Assembly (NCBI GenBank): GCA_025786725.1
Contig: JAHLTZ010000002.1
Coordinates: 248,001 to 312,000, forward strand
From: Syncephalis fuscata S228
Lineage: Eukaryota > Fungi > Zoopagomycota
DNA length: 64,000 nucleotides
Direction of reading: 5' to 3'
Position numbers and translations under genes: made by a program. The stretch's first letter is position 1. Every line of letters begins with the position of its first letter. The notes below the pieces were generated by a model that was not told the DNA's origin, did no database searches, and saw nothing but the letters and a program-made list of their open reading frames with translations. This document shows positions 1 through 14,200 of this stretch, one piece after another.

Positions 1-92
1 GCAACATTATTTACAATTGTCAACAAATCTCGAATCGTCAATTGCAATCCTCAGATCTTTGATATTGGTAAACAGCTTCATCAAATAGTTTG
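1..92 (+). repeat. Direct repeat, copy 1 (window starts inside it)
   Basis: 1-92 matches 5976-6067 base for base by eye; weaker similarity continues for about 15 more nt. Confidence 0.9.
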
Positions 93-663
93 TGACATTG
101 TGGTAATTTTTTAAAAAAGTATTTTTGGTAAATAACTTATTTTGATTTATAATTTTAAAAATTGTAATTTATTATGGAGATTTATTATTATTATTAAAAT
201 AAGGCGTTTGCTAATTAAATAAAAAGGAATATTTTGGTAAATTTTCTTTTGTAAATGGTGTTATTGCTGTTAATAAACATGCATTAGATGTATCATATTA
301 TTCTTGTGTTACAATTAGTGAAAATACACTATCAAAGTGCATATATACATACAAATAACACGCGTATGCTAGAATTAAAGGGAATTTTATGTACGCATAT
401 ATACCAACTGACCTATAAACACATTGACACGCACTATCGGTCCGGTATCACAGATTCACGCATTGCATCTAACAACAACTGTCTCATGACTCTGTTATCC
501 ATATTATTTATTGCACATATTGTGATTATTATAATAATCAGCAATAACATAGTATTATTAACAAATAATGCCACAAAAAATAAAGACACATGCTTTGCAT
601 AGACGGTATTTATTAACCGGCTATAGTCCATTCATTCAATGCATGCTACTCTGTTATGGTTGG

Positions 664-1861
664 CTAATTGGTTTCTGATTGAGCTGCCAGATATTCCGTA
701 TGTCTTTTATGCTGAGCATCCCATTCTTTTTGCAATTTCTTACGACGACTTTTGGCCAGCTCTACGTTTTCTACATCATGCGTGGGAATGCCCTAGTTGA
801 TGCATGTGTGCATGAGGTGAATTGTAGTTAGAAAGTTGTTATATATAGTACATAGAAACGTATCAGCGGAATTTAGGTCCGAGAGACTGTTTTCATTGGC
901 GTTGTGTGTGCATCCTACTGATGCGTGTACCTACCTTGTCATCATACAGTGAAAATTGTCCGGCATACTCTCCCGACTTGAACATTTCAGTCGGGTTTAA
1001 CTGACCAAGGGCTAGGCGTTCTAACCGTTTACGCTCTTTTTCCGCGGCTTGAGCTTCCTTCTTTGCTTGTTTTTCTTCTTCGCGCTATATCATTGGTTAG
1101 AATAAAGTGCTATTAATCCTGAATGGCTTACACGGCGCTTCTCATCACGTTCGCGAACTAATTCCTCACGATCTACTAGTTTAACCAGTGCTTTACCGCC
1201 TAGATACACACACACATATACACATATATATATGCATATGTAATAAATTAATATTGTTTAGTAAGCTATAGTATATAGCAATACCTTCGCGGTCATCCAA
1301 CATAACACCTAGCTCTACCAAATCTTCATCTCTTAAGCGATCGCACAATTCAAGTAGCTGCTTGTGGTCTAGTCGTTATCAGTATAAATACAAGGTATTT
1401 CTATCTATCTATCGCTTACCTGCTTTGCCACGAGCCAATTCACGTACTGTATCTCTAAATTGAGAGAGTACTCGCAAATAGGGCATAACCGTATCTTTTA
1501 CCTATATATGTATGTAAATTAAACTGTAATTCTATTCGGCATAATACTTACATTGGCTATAGCGACACCTTCTCCACTCTCTCCATTCGTACCAAATCCA
1601 ATATCGGTACCGTCATTGACCAATCCAAAGATCTAATAGCATATTAATTGGCCATTATTAACTAGCTGCATTGCTACCTACTTTAAACATTTTTGTAATG
1701 TATTGGGCAATATTCTCCAATAGTGGCACATATGGTGATGACTGTGCACTCAAGTAGATATTGGCACGATTAACAAGATCAAGCAATTCACGGACAACAG
1801 TTGGCGTATCAATTGAGTCACATAGAGCATTGTGAATAGCACAGTCTGAGTCGTTTGTAGA
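664..1861 (-). pseudogene. Cysteinyl-tRNA synthetase, C-terminal (anticodon-binding) part only; 5'-truncated multi-exon copy
   Basis: Manual spliced translation gives AIHNALCDSIDTPTVVRELL...YITKMFK/IFGL...VMPYLRVLSQFRDTVRELA...LLELCDRLRDEDLVELGVMLDDRE...LVKLVDREEL...FSLYDDK/GIPTHD...LAKSRRKKL, the typical eukaryotic CysRS C-terminus. Only about 300 bp separate it from the next gene, leaving no room for the catalytic domain. Two 1-bp frameshifts. Confidence 0.8.
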
Positions 1862-1954
1862 CTATATTCGTATTGTTATTATTAGCGACATTAGTAACAA
1901 TACTATCAGCAATTTATTAATATTATTTTCAATACACTAATATTAAACTATTTA

Positions 1955-2095
1955 TCAACTATTTAATGTGATTTGATGTTGAATGACCATTTTTAATAAC
2001 ATTTACACATTTGAACTAGAACGGATATGTAGTTCAACTGCGTAAGTATTATACGTTTAGTCATTTGACTCTAGACTATTCTAAACTATTAGTGG
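1955..2095. repeat. Short palindromic relic related to the foldback element at 23.6-24.3 kb
   Basis: TTGAACTA...TAGTTCAA core and AATGAC...GTCATT flanks resemble the arm motif CAAATGACTAG...AATTGAACTAG at about 23665-23703. Confidence 0.45.
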
Positions 2096-2164
2096 ATTAC
2101 CTAATGCTTGAAAAAGAAAGATTATCTTTACTTAATTATAAATTTATTAACAATTTGAATATAA

Positions 2165-3977
2165 TCACGTCTTTTTAAGCTTGTGTGAAGTGGGCTTTTG
2201 AGTACGATTGAATTGTTGATATGCTAAACAAATGGTGTAGGCAATACCAGCTAATACGCTCATCAAGCCTAGGACAGTAACAATCCATACATCAACATTT
2301 CTTGCCCGCCACCAATCCATACGCACACCGGCTGGTTCGAGTAATTTTAATGCACCAGGGACCGCAGCCAACTCGACCATGTCTGCGGCATGGAATAATT
2401 GGCGGTTATACGTTCTTGTAATCTTTTGAAGTTTAGCCACAACTTGTCGAGCTTTTTCGGCACTTTCACCTTCAAGTAGCTGATGGAACGCAGCGTGCAT
2501 CACTTCGGTACCGACTTGATTCCATTTGACAAAAACAGCCACACCAAGGCTTGCTAGTTTCCTAGCATTATTTGGCTGATCACTGAATCCAGGAATGGCA
2601 ATATTGGCTTGCCTGCATCCATGGCTTCATGGACTGATCCGCTGCCACAATGTGAAATAAAAATCTTTACCGATGGGTGATTCAATAAAGCCCGTTGAGG
2701 TGCAACATTGGTAATGTAAATAAATGGATGCTTTCCTGTTTGCATATCTTGAACTGTGTGCTCTTCTTCTACTTCAATAGAAGTGGAAGTTTGAACTTTT
2801 GTATGAACGGATAGCGGTAGTTCATCAGCTTTGGTGCTCATTAGGCCCCAGACAACACCGTCGATTAGACCGGCGTGGTATGCTTTGACTAATGAGTGTA
2901 TCATATCTTGGAATTGAGTTGATCCAATAACAAAGATACTACCAAAGCCAATAAAAATAGTTTTGCTGCGTGTAGATAAAAAGTCTTTAAGTTCGGTGGT
3001 CAGCGGTGTGTATGTATCTGATAGTGCAGGTCCTATGTAAACAACATTAGGTCGGACAGGACGTGGTTGCTATAATATAAAACAATTGTTGGATGTTAGA
3101 TATTAACTATTAAATCTATTTACACCATATTGCTTACATCGTAACCAGGAACAGTAGCAGCAAATATCAAGCTTTTGTCATATAAATGTGAAAGGCCGGC
3201 GTATGGCTTAACACCAGTCTTTTTTAATACACTTGCTTGAAACTCAATTCCAGGCTGTATGGTGTTTTGTGCCATAAGTGGTGTAATGATGGCACTACGA
3301 AAACGTCTCCAAAACGAAGAATGTTCATGAGTAGGTAGGCCATTATCGAAAAGTGTGGGCAAATACGGTTGATTGCTAGTTTCTATTATTATTAAAACAT
3401 TAGTACTAAATACAACAGCCATGACTATCTTACCATCCAGGCTTAAAGTGGTAGTCTAATGACACACGAAACATCAAGAGAATGTGCAGCATCAATACAT
3501 GCGCGCATAAAGTAATCACACATTACAACATCCATTGGCCCGCCATTTCCGATTTACCAGATATAATATCATGGAAGATAGGATATTGCCATTCGTAATC
3601 TTTGTAAATCACTTCTATCAATGCTCTGGTTAAATAGGCTGGATCTTTTTCTTGTGCAATTACGAGGTCGTTTAACAGAGCGGTATGCTCTTCTCGTGAT
3701 ATTTGTACATCTCCTATGTCAATAAGCTTCATTTTTGGCTGGTCAGCGGCCCATTTTAGCTGACTTCTCATGGTAGCAAAGTGAACTTCATGGCCACGAG
3801 CTATCAGTTCTTTACATACGGCAAGGAAATGGACAGCATGTGATTTTGTTCCAAATCCAACACCCAATAAAACGCGTATCGGTGTTGGTTCATTGGTACT
3901 GGATATAGCTAGTGCCGATGAAGCTGAAAAGATGGCAAGAGCCGCAGAAGTAAACTAAGACTAAAAGGTAATTTCAT
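2165..3977 (-). CDS. UDP-glycosyltransferase (GT1) with signal peptide and C-terminal TM helix; several frameshifts (pseudogene or assembly errors)
   Basis: GTKSH N-terminal motif, APQRALLNHPSVKIFISHCGSGSVHEA UGT signature, PGFSDQ after frameshift correction near 2595, TM helix and KLKKT tail. Two introns as in the paralog at 61493-63299. Confidence 0.85.
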
Positions 3978-5975
3978 GGTAACTATCAGATTGGCATGCT
4001 ATCACAGAAACGATAAGTTAAAAGCCATTTTATTATATAGTCGCATTATTACTATTAATAAAACATGAACGGCCAGAGTTATGCAAGTTAACGCGTGCAT
4101 TTTGACGCATGAGCATAGGCCTATTTCTGTTAAACGATTTTCCGATTCCGATAAATTTAATCTTTGGGTTTATTGATTAGTGTCTGTTCAGCAAGATGGA
4201 AGCATGGCATGGCAGCTTTTTAAATTATTGCTGAGTCAGAGCTTAGGATCTTGTCATAGTTGGTGCGAAATGTGCAAATTACTGACCTACATACGTTTTT
4301 GGAACGTAAGTTGATTAATCATTTTAGCAGTACAGAAATAGCAGTGTTTAATAACTATTAAAATAATTACTGGCTATATTATTATTAATAATAGTGTATT
4401 TGGGCATTTAATCAACCCATTGTGTTGTAGTTTCAAGTAAGCGATATTGTAAAATAGTGATTGAGTAGGGGAAGTGAGATCAGCCTAGTCAAAAAAAATG
4501 ACGTGCTTAGTAAAGTAGTGTGAGTATCTTTTAGTTTTAATGCATCTATTATTAGTAAATTGCGTAATGTTATGGCGTCAAAGGAAATGTTCGGCTCGAC
4601 GTGGTAGTATTAACAATTACGTCAATATTATGACGTATGCATGATCATCATGTGCTATCATCATGTGCTATCATCATGCATTAGCAACATAGTCTTCATT
4701 AACATTATCCAAAGTAAATGAACTAATCAGTATTATTACTAGTTCAGTTCATAGTTTCAAGCGTTGTTTACTCGTTCAATACCTTTTGATTTAAGTAAAC
4801 TATTCAACGTTAAATTCACTATTCTCAGTACTGCGTACACTTCTAATATATTCTGTGACAATGTTAATAAAACTACTATACAAATAAATGTGATTAAATG
4901 GCATAAATCACCTTTTATTGTATGTAACATTATCTCCCTTTAAATGATAAATTTTATAATAGTAATGAAAATAAAACAAACAGATGACGCATATGGTTAA
5001 CGTCATAATCGATGTTTATTAAAACAATTATCGGTTGTTAATTCAAGTAACGAGCTGGCTAGCTGTTTTAATTGAACAATACTTTATCAGTTTTTATCAA
5101 GAGGAATTTAACCATACAGTCCGTTTTTCCATTTTATTTAGCAAAATATTTATTTTATTTTTGATTGTACCACACTTCGTTCTCTTGCAATAACGTTCAT
5201 TACAACTTAAACACTTTTTGATAATATGTTTTCTTTTTTATGATGGCTGTTTTATTAGTATTTTGTATTTGTTCTTCAATAAAAACATTTGTTTTAACAT
5301 CAACTACTATTTCAACATTAATAATGCTAATTTTTACATAACATATTTCTGCATTATGCTCTTTGAGTTATACTTACCACAAGTATATTGTTGAAAGTCT
5401 TTAACAAATAGAATACGATTGGTATTGCTGTTAATATTGCTACAATTAACTAATTTACATACATAATGTTTAAATTAAATCCATGGCATTTATCGCAATT
5501 AACTTTTCCCCATCAGGGATTTTTAGCTTTGTAGCTTTTATTATTCAATAATATTATAAATACATAACACTGTTACTTAAATAATAATAAAGATGCTTTA
5601 CAATACAGCGCATTTTAACTTGCTATCAGTATTTATATAATTACAGCTTTTGTTATAAATTTGCTAATTTAAGCTATTGTTATAAGCTAACGCCATTTGA
5701 TACTAATAATATTTTATTATTATTAAATTGGTATTAAAACGTTTGACTAAGCTACTTCTTCTATTTTTTTCACCTCTGGCTACTTGGTCAAGTTACATCA
5801 TTGTATTACTGGTATTGTAACAATGTCATTTTTTATCGAACCAAAAGCAGACCAAGTTTGTAATAAGAAATAATAACACCTGTTGAGCTAGTACAATTGT
5901 TAGTGTGTATTAAATAATGAAATATGTACTTAATGCTTTTACTTGTACATCTTTTAGCTTACACTTGAGAATGCA

Positions 5976-6067
5976 GCAACATTATTTACAATTGTCAACA
6001 AATCTCGAATCGTCAATTGCAATCCTCAGATCTTTGATATTGGTAAACAGCTTCATCAAATAGTTTG
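5976..6067 (+). repeat. Direct repeat, copy 2 of 1-92
   Basis: Identical to window positions 1-92. Confidence 0.9.
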
Positions 6068-6587
6068 GTAGACATTGCATGTAATTGAAAGATACAGTTA
6101 GACTATTGCAGTTGCTTGTGGCATACAATACAATAACAAAATGTATAAATAAAAATATTGCTACAATAAAGCTATTTAATAATGTAAACTAAATTTAATT
6201 TCATAAATGTGTGTTTCAAGTTGCATGTATAAATATTTTGAGTGCAAACAAGGAAGCTTTTTAAATCATCTGCCACTATCGGCTAATAAATAGAACAATT
6301 TCTATTTAAAGATCATGTGCCAAGAGATTATATTAATGAGGGCCATGAAAAAGTAAAAATAAAACTACTGTGGTAGAAATATATGCTCCAGCACCTATAG
6401 TTTGCTGGCTTAGGCCTGAGACAGCAGATGTCTTGGTTTTGGCTAAAGGTGCTGCTACATTTTCCGTCATAAAAATGTCATCGTTTTTAACAATCGTGTT
6501 GTTTAAGGGTAATCATTCGTTATTTGTAACATTTGAGGTGTGACGAACTTCATCCACAGGCATAATTGGCACATTGCTGTCCTGCAG

Positions 6588-7447
6588 CTATGGTTTATAA
6601 TTAATTGTATCTTTTCCATAAAGAACAAATGACGCCTGTCCGCCCGTTCGAACAGCAACTGTGCATCCGTTGTCTTTCGAGCATCGGCCGTTTTCACACT
6701 TGCAGGATAGGCCGTTACATTTGCTTGGATCTTTGCATTCGATGCGTACACTGTAAGCTTTTGCTGTTGATTGGCCGGCACGTTCGTAATCCGGATTGTA
6801 TCTAACTGAAAGAAATGTTATGCCTTCCATACCTTCACCAGCTCCAAAAACAAATGGCGCCCAGTTGCCAATCGGCTTTGAAGCGTCGCCCCATACACAT
6901 TGATTTTTGTTGGTTCCGGAAGGATTGACATAGTATTGCGCCGATGTGCCTTGCCAGTAGCTACGTGGTGGAACGTTGATAGACGATTGCTGATTTGAAG
7001 CAACCACGGTTGGAATAAGCATTTCTTCATTGCCAGGATAAACGGTCTGGCAAGCCGATACGCTTTTACCCAGTTTATTAACAATGCTGGTGTTCTGTAA
7101 CCCACGGATACAGTATGGCTCATTTGGAAATGGTTTAGCTAGCGATCCATTTTTATGACAAAGTAGGCCACCATCCATGGTGTTGTGATGAATTGTCGAT
7201 TTGGATTCCACTGGCGTGAAAAGTAGCCTGGGGCGCAGGCATAGGGACAGTAGTCACCAGGCTTGCACTCTTGATTGGCAGACATGGCCCATCCCTTGTT
7301 CATGGCATTTGGTGTAATCGGCACTATAAGAGGGTCGTTTGGCAGTTTGCATCGGACATCAGCTGAGCTATTGGGAGCAGCCATGCTTTCCATGGCAAAT
7401 GCAGCTATGATTGCAAGCGCGGCCAATGAAGCAGATGAAAAAGTCAT
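6588..7447 (-). CDS. Secreted SUN-family (GH132, Adg3-like) beta-glucanase; single frameshift near 7205
   Basis: Signal peptide; GWAMS..QECKPGDYCPYACAPG, GGLLC, CQTVYPGNEEMLIPT, YYVNP, GNWAPF motifs. Adding one A to the A-run joins ORFs 7139-7453 and 6588-7211. Confidence 0.88.
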
Positions 7448-9753
7448 TTTCAATGAAAATACAATAGATTGCAGTCGAAAGTCGTCAATAATAAGTGCAA
7501 TGATAGCAGTAAAAGATTTTGCTTAGAAATGTTTAAATAATTTATGGTACTTTTCTTTACGATGATGAATAAGTACTCATACGGCCAATGTCTGGTAATT
7601 TGTAATGGCAATAAGCAGTTGCTGTCAACAGAAATCCACTCAAAGGTCGTTCAAAGACAAAAATAGCTGAGACAAATAGCTTGTCCGCATAAAAAGAAAG
7701 CAACAAGTCGTATAAGTAAAAAAGATGACTGGTGTCGATTGAGGCGGTATCTGTAGTATTAAAGTCTCTTTAAATTAAATTTTAACACGGAACCGCGGAG
7801 TCTACAGGCAATTTATCTCTAACTAAAATGCTACACCTGTGTACACTAGAGTGAGGATGAGACCTATTGAATTTAAAACTTTGTTTTAATTGAGTAGTAT
7901 CAAAACACTCAATCGTCTTCATCCTAGTACTATGATACGATAAAAAACAGGTTGTATGAATACATGGATTACGAAGTAAATTTTCGAAAACTGACAACAG
8001 CAATCACGTTAGTAGAATAGGCATCTGGCCAATGTAACGAGTGTTTAGCAATGCGTCAAATTATAGTTGACCTAGTATTTTTTTATTGAGTCAATAATGA
8101 GTAGTGCTTGATTCTATGGTCTATTATTAACTGTATTAAGCATAAACATTGATAGTAATGAATCAGTAAGAAGACAAGATAAGGACAAAATAATATTTTA
8201 TCTGCTACTTTTTCGTGTTCAGTTTGAATTTTTTAAAATTTGAGTTTTAAAATAGCATTTAATATTTATTGATAGTGAAAATAACGCCTAGACAATAATA
8301 AATGTGGGCAGTTGCAATTTTTTGATATAAAAAACTAAATAGTCTATCATTATTAAATGTAACTATATCAAAAAGAAGGCAAAGAATGTTTGTTATTCGC
8401 TTAAGAGCTCCATTGCTATACAAATTTGTTTAAATAGTAGCGCAAGTTGGTTGCTTAAGAGGTAGATTAAATGAAAATACTGAATAATACAATTTTTTTG
8501 AAACACAAATAAACGCTATTACTGTTAACCATGTAAAGGAAAATGTTTAATTTTATTAAATTCGTTGTATTTATTACGTTGATTAGTTATTGACAAATTG
8601 GAACTGTGAATGTAAATCATTGGATAGTGTTATGCTTGCCTGATTATATTATAATATATATTATATGTAAAAATAAAAGTTACAGTATGATATATATACT
8701 TACAATGTAATAATGATCAAAATATACGTAAAATTGTAATTCTTTGCCTTAATTGATGTTTAGTCGATACAGGAGGTACGAAATAAAAAGTTTTTTTGCA
8801 AAGTTAGACAGGGATGCATTTTGGACAGAAGACATGTCATTTATTGAATACTGCATTGATAGATACTTATAACAAAAGCTAATAATGTGAATAGTATATC
8901 GGCCGTGTACGTATGCTTTAGACATATTCTATAATAACTTTTCAAAATAATTAATATATAAAGTATTATAAAATCATTTGGTCATCACAATTTAGTTGTA
9001 TTGATAAATACTAAATTGAGCATAAAACAGCGTTTATTAAATAATAAATAAATAATAGTCTTTATGTACTATTTGATAAACATAATTTTTATACTGATTA
9101 TTGACGATTGAAAGTGGAGCTATTAGTTTATAAATCAAATGTCGATGATTGATTTATATTAGCAATGAGCCATATTTGGCAAATAATAGAAGGAACTGGA
9201 TATATTGAGGTAAAAAAGTAGCATATAGCAGCTTGTTTTATTTATAGAAGCATTGGAACGCCGATTAATTGCAGTGCATATTATTGAATTTGTGTTTAAA
9301 CTCTCAGCATTGCTATCATAATTATAATCAATATCAACAAAAAGGTGATCCCAATACACGGCATTTATTAGCATTTGTAGCTTTTTGAGTATCAATGTTG
9401 AGGAATAATAACCATGTAAATATGATAATACTATAATAAATCACGTTTTGCTCATTGTGCCACTCAATATTCATAGATATAAACAGAAATGCTGTTTAAA
9501 CATTTTAATTTTCACGTTCCATATGGAGATCATGTGCTCTTTTCAGGACTTTTTACACAGGAGCACATATACCATATTTGTCCAGTCTTGTAACAAATAT
9601 GTCGACTATTGCACGAGATATTTTGGCAATAAATATCTGCATTTCTTAGCCTATTCATTTGTCTAGCCATCATATCATACTTTTTTACATACTAGTTTAA
9701 TGAAAATACGCCCTTTTATTCAACAATTAAATCTTGACATAGCCATATTTACA

Positions 9754-10896
9754 ATGAAATCAATTATTGCTGCCACTGTTACTGCACTCATGCTAGTATC
9801 AATTGCCCAAGTTGCTCCTGTTAATGGCATGCCAGGTTTATCCAAATCTACATCTAAATCCAAGCCTGAACCTGAGCCCATCAGTAAATGTCTACTACAT
9901 ATTATCTATGCTATTTGCTAAACTTACTTTTATGTAGAATTTATGGGTTTTGAAAACAACGATCCAAAGAGCCCATTTACCATACATGGTATCCATTTTA
10001 CGAAACCCCCATACAAAGTTGATGGTGTTCACTATATCAAAGGGACGCAGCATAGCCAGCCTATTACACTTGCATGTGGAACATATTCAAGTCCAAGCAA
10101 TAATGCTTTTCAAGTATACAAGGCACGTTTTATTTGGCAGTAGATAGGCAAGGACTAACAAGCATTGTCATCAATAGGATTTAATGGCACATTCTCCATT
10201 ATTTAAAAGTGATAAGTTTTCGGTTCCTGTACCTGAAAGCAGCTTTACATTTCTTGGAAATAGGTGCTATATCATACCAGGCCAATGTGAACAGACATAT
10301 AAACGATTTGCTGATTCATTCTACGGGTATGAAAACGCAACAATATTAGTTTGACATAGCATATGACATTCTAACTTGAATTAATTCTAGCACTGAACAG
10401 CATGTAAAATCTTTATGGCAGAATATCGGATTAGGTACAGCTTTTTATTATTTATATGTTGTATATTAAATTGCTACTAGGCTTAAAGGCTATAAAAGAG
10501 GCGGGATGGTATGCCATATGGATTTTGACAGCAAGTATACATTTATTGCCGATGCTTATATTAATGACATTACTAGATATTTGCATTACTGAAAGCGAAA
10601 ATGGCGAATACAAGCCATGTTTTATCAACTTCAATAATGCTATTCCAGTAGGAAAAGAACTAATCAAAATTACAAAAGCAAACTATTTTATTTTAAATAA
10701 TAGCTTTCTTCTTGTTCCTTATGATATAAGACGCGGGTTATTATATGCATTTAAAGATTCGAATGATGATAAATGCAAATGGAATGATCTTATTAGACTA
10801 TTTGGCCTTCCAAAAACATCTCACTGGAATGGCGAACCAATAAACCAATTCGCAAATGCACTCGATACAATGCTATTAAATCAAACGGAAAAATAG
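9754..10896 (+). CDS. Secreted kinase-like (probable pseudokinase) protein, copy A, 6 exons
   Basis: Signal peptide MKSIIAATVTALMLVSIAQVA. Introns about 9884-9937, 10123-10177 (GC-AG), 10327-10390, 10435-10480, 10531-10576 (GC-AG). A+B consensus GLKAIKEAGWYAHMDFDNICI...PCFINFNNA resembles the kinase catalytic-loop to DFG segment. Confidence 0.6.
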
Positions 10897-11292
10897 CAAT
10901 TTTTACAAATCACCAACAATTATTCAAATAAAATAATGGCATGCTCAGTTACTTCAACTGTGTAAATATTCTATGTATTATTTATTTATTAACACTATAC
11001 ATAGTCAATAGGCAATAAACAAATTACAAATGAAGCAATTGCAATATAACCACTTTAACAACAACTGTTTCTACCACATGATACTAATATTCTATAAGTA
11101 TTAGCAGGATAATCGATGTACATGTTACTATTAGTTGTAATTGTGCAATACTAATGATATAGCATTATTTCATTTATACTATAATATATCTATTAAATCA
11201 ATGATTAAGTTATTAATAATGGATATTTTATTATTATCATCTATCTTAAACAACACCAGGATAAAATAACGAATAGATTAGACAAAAAAAGA

Positions 11293-14200
11293 TTAGGAGG
11301 AGGGTGGCGGACGTGTTGCATCGCCACTGGCATTGCTTTTACGTGATACAGGCAAGGATCCAGCTGGTGTATTATTATTACTATTACTGCCTCTATTTGC
11401 CAACTCGCCTTCTTCAAGTTCGGCAATACTGTTTTGTGTATCATCAGCACTAGGCGGCGGTGAAAAGACCATACCCAACGATAGAGGCATTTCCGTAGCT
11501 ACTGGTGTCCCTGTCGATGTTGGTGTGCCGGTAGCTGTCGATTTTGCCCTACCGGCTGATCGACCTGACCGTTCAGAATCGATAGAGGCCATGGATCGTG
11601 TGGTAATAGATATTCGCAATGGCAATTCTTTTGGCTTACGCGTTGATTTAGACGTGGTAGCTTCATCGGCCGTCTCCTCTGTAGGATTAATGGTTATTTC
11701 AGGCGATTCTAATGCCGTTCGATGACTACGATGACTTGATTGTCGTCGCATAGGCTCAACATCGATATGATCTACCGAAAGTAATGGTTGTTGTGATAAA
11801 TCACTTGTATTCATCATCTCAACCGCTCCTTCGTCATCACTGCCATCGTGCTCGTCTTCTCTTGCTTGCTCGCGTAGACCAGTAGCACTATTAAATACCT
11901 TTTCTCGTAATTTTCTTGCCGCTTCTTCACCGCTCTGTGACACCAACGAGTTAAAGAAGCTATTCTCATCTCGTAATAGTCGTCGTGGCGTGTTAAACTC
12001 AACAATTCGACCTTGATCCATGACCATAATCTTGTCTGAATCAATAATCGTATTAAGTCGATGTCCAATCTGCAAAACGGTATAGCTAGCAAAGTTTTTG
12101 TGAATTGTCTCATGGATCATCGTTTCTGTTTGCATATCAAGTGCACTTGTTGCCTCATCCATCAATAGAATACGGCATCGAGATAGAATGGCTCGAGCAA
12201 TGCAGAACAATTGCTTTTGACCCAACGAAAAGCCTTTACCATTCTCAATAATTGAGGCATCTAGTCGCAATGGCATTGATTTGATTTTATCGGCCAAATG
12301 AGCAGCTCGTAATGCACCCCATATTTCCTCGTCGGTTCGTTGATCGAATGGATCCAAGTTGCTGCGTACAGTGCCATCAAACAAATTGGGCTCTTGTGGA
12401 AGTACGGCAATTCTTCGTCGTAGATCGCGCAGTCCCATTTCCGAAATATCAAGTCCATCAATTCGAATTTGTCCTTCAGTAGCTTCGATAAGACGTAGCA
12501 GACTGATAAGCAGTGTCGATTTGCCTGAACCTGTTCGACCAACAATACCAATTTTCTCACGGGCATGAATAACAAATGATGATTGTTTAACCACCGGTGC
12601 ACCAAATCGATGATAACGTAGTACAATATTATCAAATTCAATTTTGCCATGGGATGGCCAATCAGGAGGCGGTGTTTTACCTGCCACGACTACTGCGGCC
12701 TCAGATGGAATATTCTTTCCGTATTTAACCAGTTCTTCAACACTACCAATCGAGTCGTGTACTTCTCTTAAAGCCGCAATGGCCCATTGAGCAAACACCA
12801 CCAATTGCATAGCATTGGTAAGTACAAGACCGGCCGGCCCTTCCTCCAACTCTGAACTAAAGAAAAGAATAAACAGTTCACTGGCATAGACGAAAAGAGA
12901 AACGGCAAATTCAACATAAAGCGCTAGCCAACCTCTTACTATTGATTACTTTTAGTTTAGTTGTCAATAAATCAATTAAATCAATCTTACATTGAGTTAC
13001 TGCATATAAAGCTTTTGTATTGGCGTCAATCTTTTCCATATTTGCTGCATCAAATCGACTTTCAGCATGATAAACATGAATACTCGATAATCCTTCTAGT
13101 GTAGCCGATAAATGAGCAAAAATAGGCGGTTTACTTTCAGCTATTATAATAGCAATATTACATTAGTATATAATTACATAATATTTGTTCATCCATTGTC
13201 TTAGTCTTGTTCCTACCTTCCATTCGCCTTAGTTGTCTTTCGGCTTGTAACGCTATCGAATTAAGCGCCCTAATTGTAATAGTTAGTAATAAATACTAAA
13301 TAAACATAAACCACCTACCAAATAACACCAAAGACCGCCAAAGCAACAATAATTGAATAAGGTACGACAATAATAACTGCAACAACGACCCCTAATAGTA
13401 GAGGCACATAGATAAGTGTCTAAAATAGGGTTAATTAAATGTATATATTAATCAAAGCTTATTTACCTGTAACATAGCTTCTGATAATACGTCATCAACC
13501 GTATATTGATGACGGGCAAAGGAATAAAGAATACGTCCAATAGGGGTATATTCAAAATAAGACATAGGAATACGCAATATACGCTATAATAGACTCGTTA
13601 TTAATACTCCATTTAATAGTCTCTATAATAACTTACAATAAATATTTTTTTATGTAATACGCGACTCTTTTGTATCATGGACCAATAGAAGAACTGACCG
13701 GCAATAAATGCCCCTACCGTATAGGTAGCCTATATTACATATTGAATATTAATACAACAATAATTGGTGATTGACTACTTACAGCAGCAATGGCATAGAT
13801 GCCCAAATAGCTGATACTCATACTAGAATGAATATCTTGACCCTTCTCTTGGGCCAATTCAACTTCATCCGAATAGTGTTTTAACCAAAAGTCTAGCCAT
13901 GATAACCGTATATCAATACATCAATGCCCATATTTACATACATACATATCAAATAACTTACCACTAAAAATACGTAAACTTTGAACAATAAAAAAGAATA
14001 GACAAATCATTGAAAAGGTCGGCACACCAGTAGCACATCGAATAAATAGTAGATAGGCCGACCAACTCGATCCACTATGTCCACCTCGACCTGATACATC
14101 GGTATCGTCACCTTGTAAATCGTGTAGACTATGAATAGTCAATTGACTACGCTCAAGTGCCTTGGCCAATGTATTACCATGACCGATGGTACCAAGAATA

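Noticed and set aside
793-934. Possible C/D snoRNA in the 142-nt last CysRS intron (CGCATCAG...CTGATACG stem, CTGA)
   Set aside because: Best box C has two mismatches and I found no convincing rRNA antisense element.
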